This document shows positions 1 through 9,495 of a stretch of 64,000 nucleotides of DNA, piece by piece; position 1 is the stretch's first letter, and the number at the start of each line of letters is the position of its first letter. This stretch comes from an uncultured bacterium. Lineage in GTDB: Bacteria; Zhuqueibacterota; QNDG01; DTFT01. Location of the stretch: the NCBI GenBank assembly GCA_963736115.1, contig CAVTNR010000027.1:64001-128000 (forward strand), in the 5' to 3' direction. The notes under the pieces were generated by a model. The model saw nothing but the letters and a program-made list of their open reading frames with translations. It was not told the DNA's origin and did not search any database. The position numbers were made by a program, and so were the translations under genes.

Positions 1-1433
1 CCGTCGACCAGAATCAGGTCGGGCAACGGCTGTTCCTCACGTAACAGCCGCGCTACGCGACGCGACACCGCTTCGGACATGGCCGCAAAATCGTCGATGC
101 CTTGCACGCTTCGGATCCGGAATTTCCGGTATCCGCTTTTCAACGGCCGGCCGTTCTCGAACACGACCATGGAGGCCACAGTGTCTTTCCCCGCCAGATT
201 CGAGATGTCGAAGGCCTCGATGCGCATCGGTGTCCGCTCAAGACCGAGGTCACGCTGAAGCGCGGCAACAGACGGCGCCACCCAGTCGCCGGACTGCGAT
301 TTCTGCAAACGGAGTTCCTCGAGCAAAAGCCGCGCGTTCTGCCGGACCATGGCCATGAGCTCCGCCGGCTTGCCGTCGGTCGGGACCATCAGACGGACGG
401 CCGATCCTTTCCGTCCGGAAAGCCATTCCTCGACTTCTTCCCGGTCGTCGATGCTGAAGGGGACGTGAATCTCCGAGGGGATAAAATCGGCCCGCAGGTA
501 ATACTGCTTGAGGAAGGCGGAGAGGATTTCCGGTTCGGGCGTCGCCTCCGCATGCTCAAGGCCGAACTGCCTCCGGTTGACGATCTTGCCGTCCCGCACA
601 TCGAACACCAGGCCGCAGGCGCCGTCACCGTCCCCCGCCGATGCCACCAAATCCCGTTCGGCCTCCGGATCGCCGGCCACTTTCTGCCTGGACTGGAAAT
701 GCAGAACTGCGCGGATCTGGTCCCGAAGTAGGGCGGCCTGCTCGAATGCGCGGTTGTCCGCCAGTTCCCGCATCCGCCGCTCCAGCTCCGCCACGAGCTG
801 CCGGTTCCGTCCCTCGATGAATGCCACCGTCCGTTCGATGATCTTCCCGTATTCGGCCTCCGGGACGCGCCCCTCGCAGGGCCCGCCGCAGCGGCCGAGA
901 TGGAACTGCAGGCAGATCCTGTGTTTTTTCAGACGGATCGTTTCTTCAGTGATCGCGAGGCCGCAGGTGCGGATCGGAAAGATGCGGCGTATGGCGGACA
1001 GGAGCTGGCGCATCGATCCAACGTCGGTGTAGGGGCCGAAAACGAGGGCGTTGTCCCGGTCGGGCCTCCGAACCACGGTCACGCGGGGGTACGGCTCACG
1101 CGTGACGCGGATATACGGATAGCTCTTGTCGTCCTTCAGGTTCACATTGTAGCGCGGCCGGTGACGCTTGATGAAATTGGCCTCGAGGATCAGCGCCTCG
1201 ATCTCCGAATCCGTGTGGATGAACTCGAAATCGACGACCTTGGACATGAGAACCGCATGCTTGGGGTCACCGGGTTGATCCGGGACGCGGAAGTGCGAGC
1301 GCACCCGGTTCCGCAGAGCCTTGGCCTTGCCGACGTACAGGATCTGCCCCTTCGCGTCCTTGAAGAGGTACACGCCCGGCGCGGCCGGAAGATTTCGGAT
1401 GCGTTCATCCAGATTTCGGGGCATGCCGGTCAT
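1..1433 (-). CDS. uvrC: Excinuclease ABC subunit C (3' end runs off window)
   Basis: Hand translation from ATG 1433: MTGMPRNLDERIRNLPAAPGVYLFKDAKGQILYVGKAKALRNRVRSHF (GIY-YIG), ILEANFIKRHRPRYNVNLKDDKSYPYI, and near the window edge IEAFDISN...DDFAAM...PDLILVDG. Confidence 0.95.
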   Translation of the reverse strand, partial: MTGMPRNLDERIRNLPAAPGVYLFKDAKGQILYVGKAKALRNRVRSHFRVPDQPGDPKHAVLMSKVVDFEFIHTDSEIEALILEANFIKRHRPRYNVNLKDDKSYPYIRVTREPYPRVTVVRRPDRDNALVFGPYTDVGSMRQLLSAIRRIFPIRTCGLAITEETIRLKKHRICLQFHLGRCGGPCEGRVPEAEYGKIIERTVAFIEGRNRQLVAELERRMRELADNRAFEQAALLRDQIRAVLHFQSRQKVAGDPEAERDLVASAGDGDGACGLVFDVRDGKIVNRRQFGLEHAEATPEPEILSAFLKQYYLRADFIPSEIHVPFSIDDREEVEEWLSGRKGSAVRLMVPTDGKPAELMAMVRQNARLLLEELRLQKSQSGDWVAPSVAALQRDLGLERTPMRIEAFDISNLAGKDTVASMVVFENGRPLKSGYRKFRIRSVQGIDDFAAMSEAVSRRVARLLREEQPLPDLILVD

Positions 1434-1478
1434 TCCTCGGACCTCCGGCCGCCCGGCGGAAAGACGCCGGCGGAAATG

Positions 1479-1516
1479 AAAAAGGCTTGGACACGCGGAA
1501 ACCGTGCGTCAAAGCC
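1479..1516 (-). terminator. Probable intrinsic terminator after rplS
   Basis: Imperfect GC stem (GGCTTTGACGCACGG/CCGCGTGTCCAAGCC) followed by TTTTT on the minus strand, just downstream of the rplS stop. Confidence 0.55.
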
Positions 1517-1544
1517 TGGGTGAAGCGGAATCGGGCGGAGACGG

Positions 1545-1892
1545 TCAGGACTCGATCTGCTCCTCGATCTTGGCCGCCTTGCCTTTGAGCTGGCGCAGGT
1601 AGAACAGCTTGGCGCGGCGGATGCGACCCTTGCGCGTGCGTTCGATTTTCTGGATCAGCGGCGAGTACAGCGGGAAAATACGCTCCACGCCAACGCCGCC
1701 GGATATTTTCCGGACCGTGAAGGTTTTGTTGATGCCGCCGCCGCGCTTCTGGATGCACAAGCCGCGGAAAATCTGGATGCGCTGCTTGTCTCCTTCGACC
1801 ACCTTGAAGTGGACGGCGACGTCGTCGCCCGGGTTGAATTCGGGGACATCCGCCTTGACCTGCTCCGCGCCCACCAGTTCCAGCATGTCCAT
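1545..1892 (-). CDS. rplS: 50S ribosomal protein L19
   Basis: [28 protein letters not shown]...[18 protein letters not shown]...RRAKLFYLR; canonical position after trmD. Confidence 0.98.
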   Translation of the reverse strand: MDMLELVGAEQVKADVPEFNPGDDVAVHFKVVEGDKQRIQIFRGLCIQKRGGGINKTFTVRKISGGVGVERIFPLYSPLIQKIERTRKGRIRRAKLFYLRQLKGKAAKIEEQIES

Positions 1893-1939
1893 TTTAACAA
1901 TCCTCCTTGGATATCGATCGATTGTTCATTCGTATTTAA

Positions 1940-2680
1940 TCAAACCTGCGTTCCGTCCCCGTCATTCAAGCCGGGTTCCGCGGCGTTGCCGTCCGGATCC
2001 CGCTTCAGCAGATCCGGACGCCGTTCGGCCGTCCGACGGAGCGCCTGCTCCTCCCGCCAGGCCTCGATCCGGGCGTGGTGCCCGGAAAGCAGAATGTCCG
2101 GGACTTTCAACCCGCGGAATTCCTCGGGCCGCGTATAATGAGGATGGTCCAGCCTGCCGCTGACAAACGAATCTCCGTCGGCTGAGTCGCTGTTGCCGAG
2201 TACGCCGGGCTGCAGCCGGACCACCGAGTCGATGATCACTGCCGCGGCCAGTTCCCCGCCCGATAGGATGTAATCGCCGATCGAGATCTCTTCGTCGACG
2301 AGCGACTCGATGACCCGTTCATCAACGCCGCGGTAATGGCCGCATAAAAAGACGAGCTGCGGTTCGGCCGCCAGGGACGCGGCTTTTGACTGACTGAAAG
2401 TTTCTCCCTGGGGCGACATCAGCAGGATGCGCAAGTCCGCCCCGGGGCTGTCCCGCCGGATGGCCTCGACGCATCGGAAAATCGGCTCGGGCTTCAGAAT
2501 CATGCCCGCCCCGCCCCCGTACGGGTAATCGTCTACCGTGCGGTGCCGGTCCTCCGCGTAATCCCTCAGGTCCCAGATATGGTACTGGACCCGTTCCTTC
2601 AGGCTGGCCTGGCGGAGCATGCTCTCCGCGAAAATGGCATCGAACATGCCGGGAAACGGGGTGATGACATCGATGCGCAT
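1940..2680 (-). CDS. trmD: tRNA (guanine37-N1)-methyltransferase
   Basis: [58 protein letters not shown] motifs. Confidence 0.98.
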   Translation of the reverse strand: MRIDVITPFPGMFDAIFAESMLRQASLKERVQYHIWDLRDYAEDRHRTVDDYPYGGGAGMILKPEPIFRCVEAIRRDSPGADLRILLMSPQGETFSQSKAASLAAEPQLVFLCGHYRGVDERVIESLVDEEISIGDYILSGGELAAAVIIDSVVRLQPGVLGNSDSADGDSFVSGRLDHPHYTRPEEFRGLKVPDILLSGHHARIEAWREEQALRRTAERRPDLLKRDPDGNAAEPGLNDGDGTQV

Positions 2681-2684
2681 GCGG

Positions 2685-3205
2685 TCAGATCAGTCCTTCG
2701 ATGGTGGTGACCGTCACGATTCCCGCCGGGGGATCGACCGATCGGATCCATTCCTTCACCATCGGCACCAGGACATCCTCCCCTTCCCGGTCGATCACCA
2801 GAATGTCCTGTCCCGGGGCCTTCAGAACTTCGCGCACCGTTCCGACCGTTTCTCCGGCCTCGGTCACGGCCTTCAATCCGATCAAATCGAAAAGGTAATA
2901 CGAGCCGGCCGGAAGCGACCGGCATTGCGATCGCCGGATCCGAATCCAGCGCCCGGTCACGGATTCGGCCGCGGTCCGGTCGTCGATGCCTTTCAGCTTG
3001 ATCAGGGCAAAGGCGCCGGACATCCGCACGCTCTCGACTGCAAACCATGCCCCCGGTTCCTCGTCCCCATCCGCCAGCCACACCGTCCGGAGCGTCTTGA
3101 ACCGTTCCGGATCGTGGGTTAGCGGGAAAGCCTTGAGTTCGCCCCGAAGGCCGTGTGCGGCGCTGATGCGTCCGACCGAAACGGTCGAAGCATCCCCTTT
3201 TCCAT
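2685..3205 (-). CDS. rimM: 16S rRNA processing protein RimM (apparent 1-nt frameshift near start)
   Basis: The RimM frame continues upstream of the tracked ORF ([17 protein letters not shown]) with no in-frame start. ATG 3205 (ATG GAA AAG GGG) joins it if one G is added to the G run. C-terminal PRC-barrel motifs YYLFDLIG and [10 protein letters not shown]. Confidence 0.9.
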
Positions 3206-3229
3206 CCGGATCCGGGCCCTGCGACCCGG

Positions 3230-3460
3230 CTATTCCAGAATTTCCAGAAGCGCCCTTTTGCCGCGTTTGGCCGAGGCCGCCGTCAGGAGGGTCCTTATCG
3301 ATTTCGCAGTCTGACCTTTCCGTCCGATCACCTTTCCAAGGTCTCCGTCTCCGACGCGGAGTTCAAACACCGTGATTTTCTCTCCGTCGACCTCCGTGAC
3401 CATGACGGCTTCCGGGTGGTCGACCAGATGCCTGGCGATGAACTCGACGAACTCCTTCAT
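3230..3460 (-). CDS. khpA: KH-domain RNA-binding protein (KhpA/YlqC family)
   Basis: [19 protein letters not shown]...[20 protein letters not shown]; SD GAGGAGG before ATG 3460; lies between rpsP and rimM. Confidence 0.93.
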   Translation of the reverse strand: MKEFVEFIARHLVDHPEAVMVTEVDGEKITVFELRVGDGDLGKVIGRKGQTAKSIRTLLTAASAKRGKRALLEILE

Positions 3461-3589
3461 GGCCGCATTCCCTCCTCGTGTCAGGTTCCACTCGATTCCG
3501 ATATCGTCTCCAGAAGAAGGCATTCATTCCGATGACGTCGGTTCAGCGTGAAACGTGCGGACAGGGACCTGCTGGCGGCCGGGGACCGT

Positions 3590-4054
3590 TCAGGCGGCCG
3601 GAGCGGAAGCCTGGGATTCAGCGGGCGCCGCGGCCGGTACGGCCGCTTCGGGTTTCGCTTCGGCTGCTTTCGCCGCCTTCTCCCTGGCTTTCTTGGAAAC
3701 GCGGGTTTTCTCTCCCGCGCGTCTGGAGCGGTCAGCCTGTAAGGCTTCCCACTTCTTCACTTCCTCTTCGATCCCGGCTTCCTCGAATCCGCGTTTTTTC
3801 AGGTTGCGACGCACCAGGATGCCTTTGTGCTTCAGCAGGCTCCGGACGGTGTCCGAGGGAACCGCGCCCATGTCGAGCCAGTAATTCACGCGCGATTCCT
3901 CCACCTTCACTGCGGAGGGGTTCGTGAGCGCTTCATACGTACCGAGACACTCGAGGTAACGCCCATCGCGCGGGGAGCGCGTATCGGTCACCACGATCCG
4001 GTAAAACGGACGCTTCTTGCGGCCGAACCGTGTCAAACGGATTTTGACTGACAA
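3590..4054 (-). CDS. rpsP: 30S ribosomal protein S16 with Ala/Pro/Glu-rich C-terminal tail
   Basis: SVKIRLTRFGRKKRPFYRIVVTDTRSPRDGRYLE; TTG start with SD AGGAGG. Confidence 0.97.
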   Translation of the reverse strand: MSVKIRLTRFGRKKRPFYRIVVTDTRSPRDGRYLECLGTYEALTNPSAVKVEESRVNYWLDMGAVPSDTVRSLLKHKGILVRRNLKKRGFEEAGIEEEVKKWEALQADRSRRAGEKTRVSKKAREKAAKAAEAKPEAAVPAAAPAESQASAPAA

Positions 4055-4118
4055 ACAGTACCTCCTGTTGGTGTGAGACTGCCTTTTCTATAATCAGGGT
4101 TCCGGCGTTCCGGATCGC

Positions 4119-5453
4119 TCAGCCGAACGGGATCCTTCCGGGCATTCCGGCGAGTCCCTTTCCCCTGAACTTTCCCATTCGCTTCATCATGGTCTGCATC
4201 GTCTGGAAATCCCGCAGGAGCTGGTTCACGTCCTGCACGCGGGTGCCGCTTCCCGAGGCGATACGCTTGCGCCGACTGCCGTCGATCAAATGCGGCTTCC
4301 GGCGTTCTTCGACGGTCATGGACTGAATGATCGCCTCGATTCGGACCAGGGATTTCTCGTCCGGAGCGGCGTTCACCGGCACGCGGCCTCGCATTCCGGG
4401 CACCAGGTCCATCAGCTGTGACAGGGGCCCCATCTTCCTCACCTGCCGGAGCTGGTCGTAAAAATCCTCCAGCGTAAACCCGCTGCCGACCAGCCTTTTC
4501 GCGAGTTTCTCCGCCTGCTCCCGATCGACATTTTCCTGGGCCCGCTCCACCAGGGAGACGATATCACCCATCCCCAGTATGCGCGAGGCGAGACGGTCGG
4601 GATGGAAAGCCTCGAGGGCGTCGGTTTTCTCTCCCGTGGACAGGAATTTCACGGGCTTTCCGGTGACCGCGCGGATCGACAGCGCGGCACCGCCGCGGCC
4701 GTCGCCGTCCATCTTGGTCAAAACGATGCCGTCGAATCCTGGCTTTTCGGCAAAAGCTTGCGCGGATTTCACGGCATCCTGCCCCGTCATCCCATCCGCG
4801 ACGAACAGGATTTCCGAGGGTTTCACCGCGGCTTTGACGGCCGCGATTTCGTCCATCATGACCGCATCGACGTGCAGACGTCCGGCGGTGTCTACGATGA
4901 CCGTATCGAGACTCCGCTTCCGAGCCTCAGCCACAGCGCCCGCCGCAATGCGGTCCGCTGAAAGGCCGGTGGGTGCGTATACCGGCAGTCCTGCGTCCTC
5001 TCCCAGCCGTTTGAGCTGTTCCGCGGCCGCGGGCCTGTGAATGTCAGCCGCCGCGAGCAGGGCCATCCGGTTACGCTTTGCCAGGTGACGGCCCAGTTTT
5101 GCGCAGAATGTGGTCTTGCCGGATCCCTGCAGGCCGACCACCAGAACCACAGCCGGCAATGGGCCGTCGAGACGCACCGGAACATGCGCAGTTCCGAGCA
5201 AAGCGACCAGTTCGTCATACACGATCTTGACGAGCATCTGGCCGGGCTGAATGCCGGTTGTCACTTCGCGGCCGATTGCTTTGGCCTTGACGGACGCGAT
5301 GAACTCAGCCGCGACCTTGTAATGAACATCCGCTTCGAGCAGAACACGCCTGATCTCACGGCAGGATTCTTCGATGTTCTGCTCCGAGAGCTTGCCGGTG
5401 GCCCTGATTTTTTTCAGGACACCGTCGAATTTACGGACAATATCTTCGAACAT
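4119..5453 (-). CDS. ffh: Signal recognition particle protein Ffh
   Basis: GLQGSGKTT, DTAGR, TKMDGDGRGGAALS and a Met-rich M domain (SRRKRIASGSG). Confidence 0.98.
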   Translation of the reverse strand: MFEDIVRKFDGVLKKIRATGKLSEQNIEESCREIRRVLLEADVHYKVAAEFIASVKAKAIGREVTTGIQPGQMLVKIVYDELVALLGTAHVPVRLDGPLPAVVLVVGLQGSGKTTFCAKLGRHLAKRNRMALLAAADIHRPAAAEQLKRLGEDAGLPVYAPTGLSADRIAAGAVAEARKRSLDTVIVDTAGRLHVDAVMMDEIAAVKAAVKPSEILFVADGMTGQDAVKSAQAFAEKPGFDGIVLTKMDGDGRGGAALSIRAVTGKPVKFLSTGEKTDALEAFHPDRLASRILGMGDIVSLVERAQENVDREQAEKLAKRLVGSGFTLEDFYDQLRQVRKMGPLSQLMDLVPGMRGRVPVNAAPDEKSLVRIEAIIQSMTVEERRKPHLIDGSRRKRIASGSGTRVQDVNQLLRDFQTMQTMMKRMGKFRGKGLAGMPGRIPFG

Positions 5454-5474
5454 AATTTGCCAATAAAGCTATGA

Positions 5475-5503
5475 AATTTAAGGAAAAAATGCTGGGGATG
5501 CAA
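5475..5503 (-). promoter_or_regulatory. Sigma70-like promoter for ffh operon
   Basis: Minus strand TTGCAT-17 nt-TAAATT, 22 nt upstream of the ffh ATG. Confidence 0.55.
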
Positions 5504-5706
5504 GAAGTTTTATATAATACGGATCAATTGTGGCTAATTACCTAATTTATTTAATATCAACTAATTATCAGTAACCGCATAGGTTCTTCGGACATTTTCC
5601 TCCATCAGCACGACGCTCGTTCCTCTAAGTTTCCGGCGGCGGAAATGTGATACTCTCTATTTTCATATTTCGAACCGGACCGCATCATTTTGCGCTGAAA
5701 TGCGCG

Positions 5707-6852
5707 TCAGACTCGAATACGGACACGCAGTCCGCCCGAAACCTCTTCCTCGGAGACCAGAATGATGTATCCTCCCCCGCTCCCTGAGAAAATCGCGCCC
5801 GGATAACGGGCATACGCCTGGAGTTTTTTCTCCTGCTCCTCCGGGACTGCACGGGGTAAAAGCGACTTCCAAGCCTCCAGGTTCAGTGACAATGACCGAC
5901 CCAACTGGACGACATTCCGGTCGCGGATGCCGGACCAGCAACGTTCCGCGGATTCCGCCAGCATCCGCACGCCTTCCTCGGTAACATTGCGATCCTGAAG
6001 AGGATCGTATTGTTGCGGCCGTGATCCGACGGGAATCAGGCGCAAAACGCTTTCCAGCCATCGGGCGGATTCCGGATCCGTGATCGAGTCGATGCGCGCC
6101 GGCCAATATCCGCCGTCGTATTCGAGACGATTGATGCCGGGAAGCAGCAGGCCGAGATGGTCCTGGGATCCGGACACATACCGGGAACCGGGCGGATTCT
6201 CGGCGCCGAACAGCAGTCTGGCGTTGCGCTCCGGATCGCCGTCTGGAATACGGTCGCCCCAGAGATCGAGCGCCACCTTGCGCGAGCTGGTGCCCATACC
6301 CGAGCGTTCGTGAAAAACGACCGTCGGGAGGATCTGAACGACGATGACCGGTCCGGGATGCAGTTTGGAGACCCAGGGCTGGTCCATCCATCCGCCTGCC
6401 AGGCAGATGCGGTACGGCAGGCGGAGTTCCAGTTTGAGGCCGGAACTCGAACGGGCCGGCAGACCCTTCTCGGGCACGCGGTCGAGGACGATGTACTGCA
6501 CGCCGTTCTCGCGGCACAGGCGTTCCTTTTCCGGCGTGTGCCCGTCCGAATTCACCACGAAGCGGTCCGGTTTCAGACGTTTCAGATCCGGCTCGAAGTC
6601 GAGCAGACCCTTGCCGGATCCCAGGATCGCGTCATGAACGAACCGGATCGATCGGACCAGAAACAGACGTTCGTCCTGCGTGAAAACCGGAGCCTTGCCC
6701 TTCAGGTGAAGGATGTTTTCGTCCGTACCCAGGGAGACCGTCAGGCGGCCGTACTCCGATGCTTCCTTGAAAAAAGCGACATGTCCCGCGTGCAGCAGAT
6801 CGAAGCATCCGCTGACCAGAACCGTCTTTTCACTCGCTCCGTGCCTGTTCAT
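5707..6852 (-). CDS. Bifunctional HIGH-type nucleotidyltransferase / GHMP-kinase-like protein
   Basis: Start MNRHGASEKTVLVSGCFDLLHAGH (HxGH motif), ATGA-overlapping the epimerase stop. C-terminal PYRICLAGGWMD, SGMGTSS, SGSQD and FSGSGGG resemble GHMP kinase motifs. Confidence 0.8.
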   Translation of the reverse strand: MNRHGASEKTVLVSGCFDLLHAGHVAFFKEASEYGRLTVSLGTDENILHLKGKAPVFTQDERLFLVRSIRFVHDAILGSGKGLLDFEPDLKRLKPDRFVVNSDGHTPEKERLCRENGVQYIVLDRVPEKGLPARSSSGLKLELRLPYRICLAGGWMDQPWVSKLHPGPVIVVQILPTVVFHERSGMGTSSRKVALDLWGDRIPDGDPERNARLLFGAENPPGSRYVSGSQDHLGLLLPGINRLEYDGGYWPARIDSITDPESARWLESVLRLIPVGSRPQQYDPLQDRNVTEEGVRMLAESAERCWSGIRDRNVVQLGRSLSLNLEAWKSLLPRAVPEEQEKKLQAYARYPGAIFSGSGGGYIILVSEEEVSGGLRVRIRV

Positions 6853-7817
6853 TCCCGTCCTTCCGTCATCTGCCGGAAAATCCATGCGTACGTCTTCTCC
6901 AGCCCCTGCTTCAGGGAAATGGACGGTTCCCAGTTCAAATACCGCCGGATCAGCGTATTGTCGCTGTTCCTTCCGCGGACGCCCTTGGGAGCGTCCAGAT
7001 CGTATTTCCGTTCCAGCCGGATTCCGGCGATGTTCTCCACGAGTTCGACCAGCCCGTTGATGGAGACCAATTCGCTGGAACCCAGGTTGATCGGTTCCTC
7101 GATTTCGCTCCCCATGATGTCCATGATCCCCTTCACACCATCGTCGATGTACATGAAGCTGCGGGTTTGGCGCCCGTCGCCCCAGACAGTGATCTCGCGC
7201 CCGCTTCCGCGCTTGGCTTCGATGACCTTTCGGCAGATGGCGGCCGGCGCTTTTTCCCGCCCGCCGGTCCACGTGCCGAAGGGACCGTAGACGTTGTGGA
7301 ACCGGGCCATGCGGGTGACCAGGCCGAAATCCTCCCTGAAATGCCGGCACATCCGTTCGCTGAAGAGTTTTTCCCATCCATAGCCGTCCTCGGCCATCGC
7401 GGGATAGGCGTCGGCTTCACGAAGGCCGGGGTTGTCCGGATCTTTCTGCTTTTCGGCGTTGTACACGCAGGCGGATGAAGCGAAAAAATAACGCGCCACG
7501 CCAAGGTCCCTGGCCGCCATGAGCAAATGGGTGTTGATCAGGACGCTGAGCATGCAGGCCGCCTTATGCGTCTCGATGAACCCCATTCCGCCCATGTCCG
7601 CAGCCAGGTTGTAGACCTCGTCGCAGCCGTTCATCGCGGTGACGCAATTCTCGCGGATCCGCAGGTCCAGAACCCGGTTTTCAGCGTCAGCTGAACGCTG
7701 ATACCATTGGTTTAGCGGCTTGATGTCCACGGCCCGCACGCGGTGATCCTTTTTAAGAGCATTGACCAGATGACCTCCGATGAAGCCTCCGGCCCCAGCC
7801 ACCAGAATGTTTTTCAT
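6849..7817 (-). CDS. NAD-dependent epimerase, GDP-mannose 3,5-epimerase-like
   Basis: GAGGFIG, NLAADMGGMGFI, ASSACVY, YGWEK, GGREKAPAAICRK and GVRGRNSDN all match the GME subfamily. Confidence 0.88.
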   Translation of the reverse strand: MKNILVAGAGGFIGGHLVNALKKDHRVRAVDIKPLNQWYQRSADAENRVLDLRIRENCVTAMNGCDEVYNLAADMGGMGFIETHKAACMLSVLINTHLLMAARDLGVARYFFASSACVYNAEKQKDPDNPGLREADAYPAMAEDGYGWEKLFSERMCRHFREDFGLVTRMARFHNVYGPFGTWTGGREKAPAAICRKVIEAKRGSGREITVWGDGRQTRSFMYIDDGVKGIMDIMGSEIEEPINLGSSELVSINGLVELVENIAGIRLERKYDLDAPKGVRGRNSDNTLIRRYLNWEPSISLKQGLEKTYAWIFRQMTEGRE

Positions 7818-7888
7818 GGATACGCTTCCTCTGCTTTATGGAAAGATCAATTATTGCCGATGGAGCGGCCACGGGAGACCGCGTCGGA

Positions 7889-9412
7889 TCAAGGCAAATC
7901 AAGCCTGCTTCCGTAATCCAGACGCGATTTGGCCGTGAACGCGGGAAATGCAGGAACCGCATCAATATAGGGCAGGTCACGGTTCAGCGCGACCAGGTCG
8001 ATGCGGGTCAAACGGATGCTTTCGAGCGCGCCGATGTTGATTCCGATTCTACCGCTGTGGGCCTTGAACAGACTGTCTGTATAGACGCCGAGGAGTCGGT
8101 CCGGATCCCGATCCGCGCCGGCTGCTGAATCGGCGGCCGCTCCCCTGGATTTCAGGATACGGTGACGATGATAAGCGGCCAGCAACGCGTCGCTCCACAT
8201 CATCGTCTCCCACTGAACGGCGGGAAGCCTGTCCATCCCGCGGTCATAGGCCTTCCGATTGACGATCTCATCTCTCAGCAGATCCGCTACAGCCAGCTTG
8301 AACTGCTCGGGGAATTCGCCTGAACGCATCCTTCTTTTCCTGAAGACCAGGGGGTGGGAGGCGGTTAATTTGAGGAAATCGGACACGGTCCAGGTTCTAC
8401 CGTCAAACGTGAAAAAAGGCCGTCCTTCCATCCGGTTCGAGCGGATTTCCGATAGAATCGAGTCCGCTGTCCGGCGCGAAAACGACTCGGCGGGCATGGA
8501 TCCGTCCAGGGAAAACCGATCACCCGCCTTCCGGTCGGGCGTATACAGAGTCCTCATCAGTTCCGTCATTTTCTCGAACGGTTCCCGCTGAAACTCGAGT
8601 TTCCGGCCCTTCATCAGCCCGAAGACATAGTCATCCCAGACAGCCTGTTTTTTCTCTTCCTCCATTTTCCGCCGTACGGACTCCCGGCGTTCCCGGACGT
8701 CCTGATCGGAGACCGCGGGCCGGTCGGACCAGTCGAGAATCCGCATCATGAGATACCCGTCCTCCCCGATGTCGATGGGGCCGATCACCTGATCCTTCCG
8801 GAGCGGCCCTGAAAAAAGAGCGTTGTGGACGGCTGGAAGCTCCGAAGATTTCCAGGAAACGATCCTTTGGGGGGGCGGTCCCAATCCACCGGTTTTCTCA
8901 TGCAGGTCGTTGAAGGATTCCGACCGGGCCGCAATCGCCCCCCAATCCTTCAGCGCTCCGATCTTCTCCCGGCTGACGGTAAAAAAGCTCAAGCGGTATT
9001 CCCGGCCTGCGACGCTGGTGCGGCTTCGGAATTCGGAAACTTCCGGCGTCGTTTTTCCTTTCGTAACCTCATCCAGGAATACCCGCCTCATGAACTGCTC
9101 TTTTCTGCCCCGGATCATGCTCTGAAAAGCCGGACTTTCCGAGAGCGCGTTCCGTTCCCCGGCCTCCAGCGCGTACAGTTTCTCGGCGACGAGTGAATTC
9201 AGGACAATGCTCCGCGCCCGGGGGGAATCCCCCCTGCAATAGGGGGGCCGGACGGTGTATTCGGCCCTGCGTATGAATTCATCCTGAGTGATAATCCGGT
9301 CTCCGATGACCGCGAGAATCCCCTCATTTTTATTCTTTTTTCCGCACTGGAAAGAGATCAGGATGACCAGTGTCAGAAATACGGCGTTTCTGCGAATGGA
9401 CCTCATCACCAC
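7889..9412 (-). CDS. Lipoprotein, SurA/PrsA peptidyl-prolyl-isomerase-like chaperone
   Basis: Lipobox ISFQC; LAVIGDRIITQDEF and LNSLVAEKLYALEA are typical of the SurA N-terminal fold, repeated in the second half (LAVADLLRDEIVNRKAYDRG). Confidence 0.6.
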   Translation of the reverse strand: MVMRSIRRNAVFLTLVILISFQCGKKNKNEGILAVIGDRIITQDEFIRRAEYTVRPPYCRGDSPRARSIVLNSLVAEKLYALEAGERNALSESPAFQSMIRGRKEQFMRRVFLDEVTKGKTTPEVSEFRSRTSVAGREYRLSFFTVSREKIGALKDWGAIAARSESFNDLHEKTGGLGPPPQRIVSWKSSELPAVHNALFSGPLRKDQVIGPIDIGEDGYLMMRILDWSDRPAVSDQDVRERRESVRRKMEEEKKQAVWDDYVFGLMKGRKLEFQREPFEKMTELMRTLYTPDRKAGDRFSLDGSMPAESFSRRTADSILSEIRSNRMEGRPFFTFDGRTWTVSDFLKLTASHPLVFRKRRMRSGEFPEQFKLAVADLLRDEIVNRKAYDRGMDRLPAVQWETMMWSDALLAAYHRHRILKSRGAAADSAAGADRDPDRLLGVYTDSLFKAHSGRIGINIGALESIRLTRIDLVALNRDLPYIDAVPAFPAFTAKSRLDYGSRLDLP

Positions 9413-9495
9413 CTCAATCGGATGGAACAGACCGCTTTTTTCAGAAGCAATCGCCGGTCAGGTGATCTCACGAGCCGGTTACACTTCCGGACGTT

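Noticed and set aside
102-1523. Plus-strand ORFs of 174-209 aa
   Set aside because: Antisense to uvrC, which is truncated by the window edge.
3590-3830. Long C-terminal extension of S16
   Set aside because: Common in FCB-group and other lineages; not novel.
6853-7377. N-terminal 174-aa extension of the 556-aa ORF
   Set aside because: Overlaps the epimerase in another frame; the true start is the ATGA-coupled ATG at 6852.
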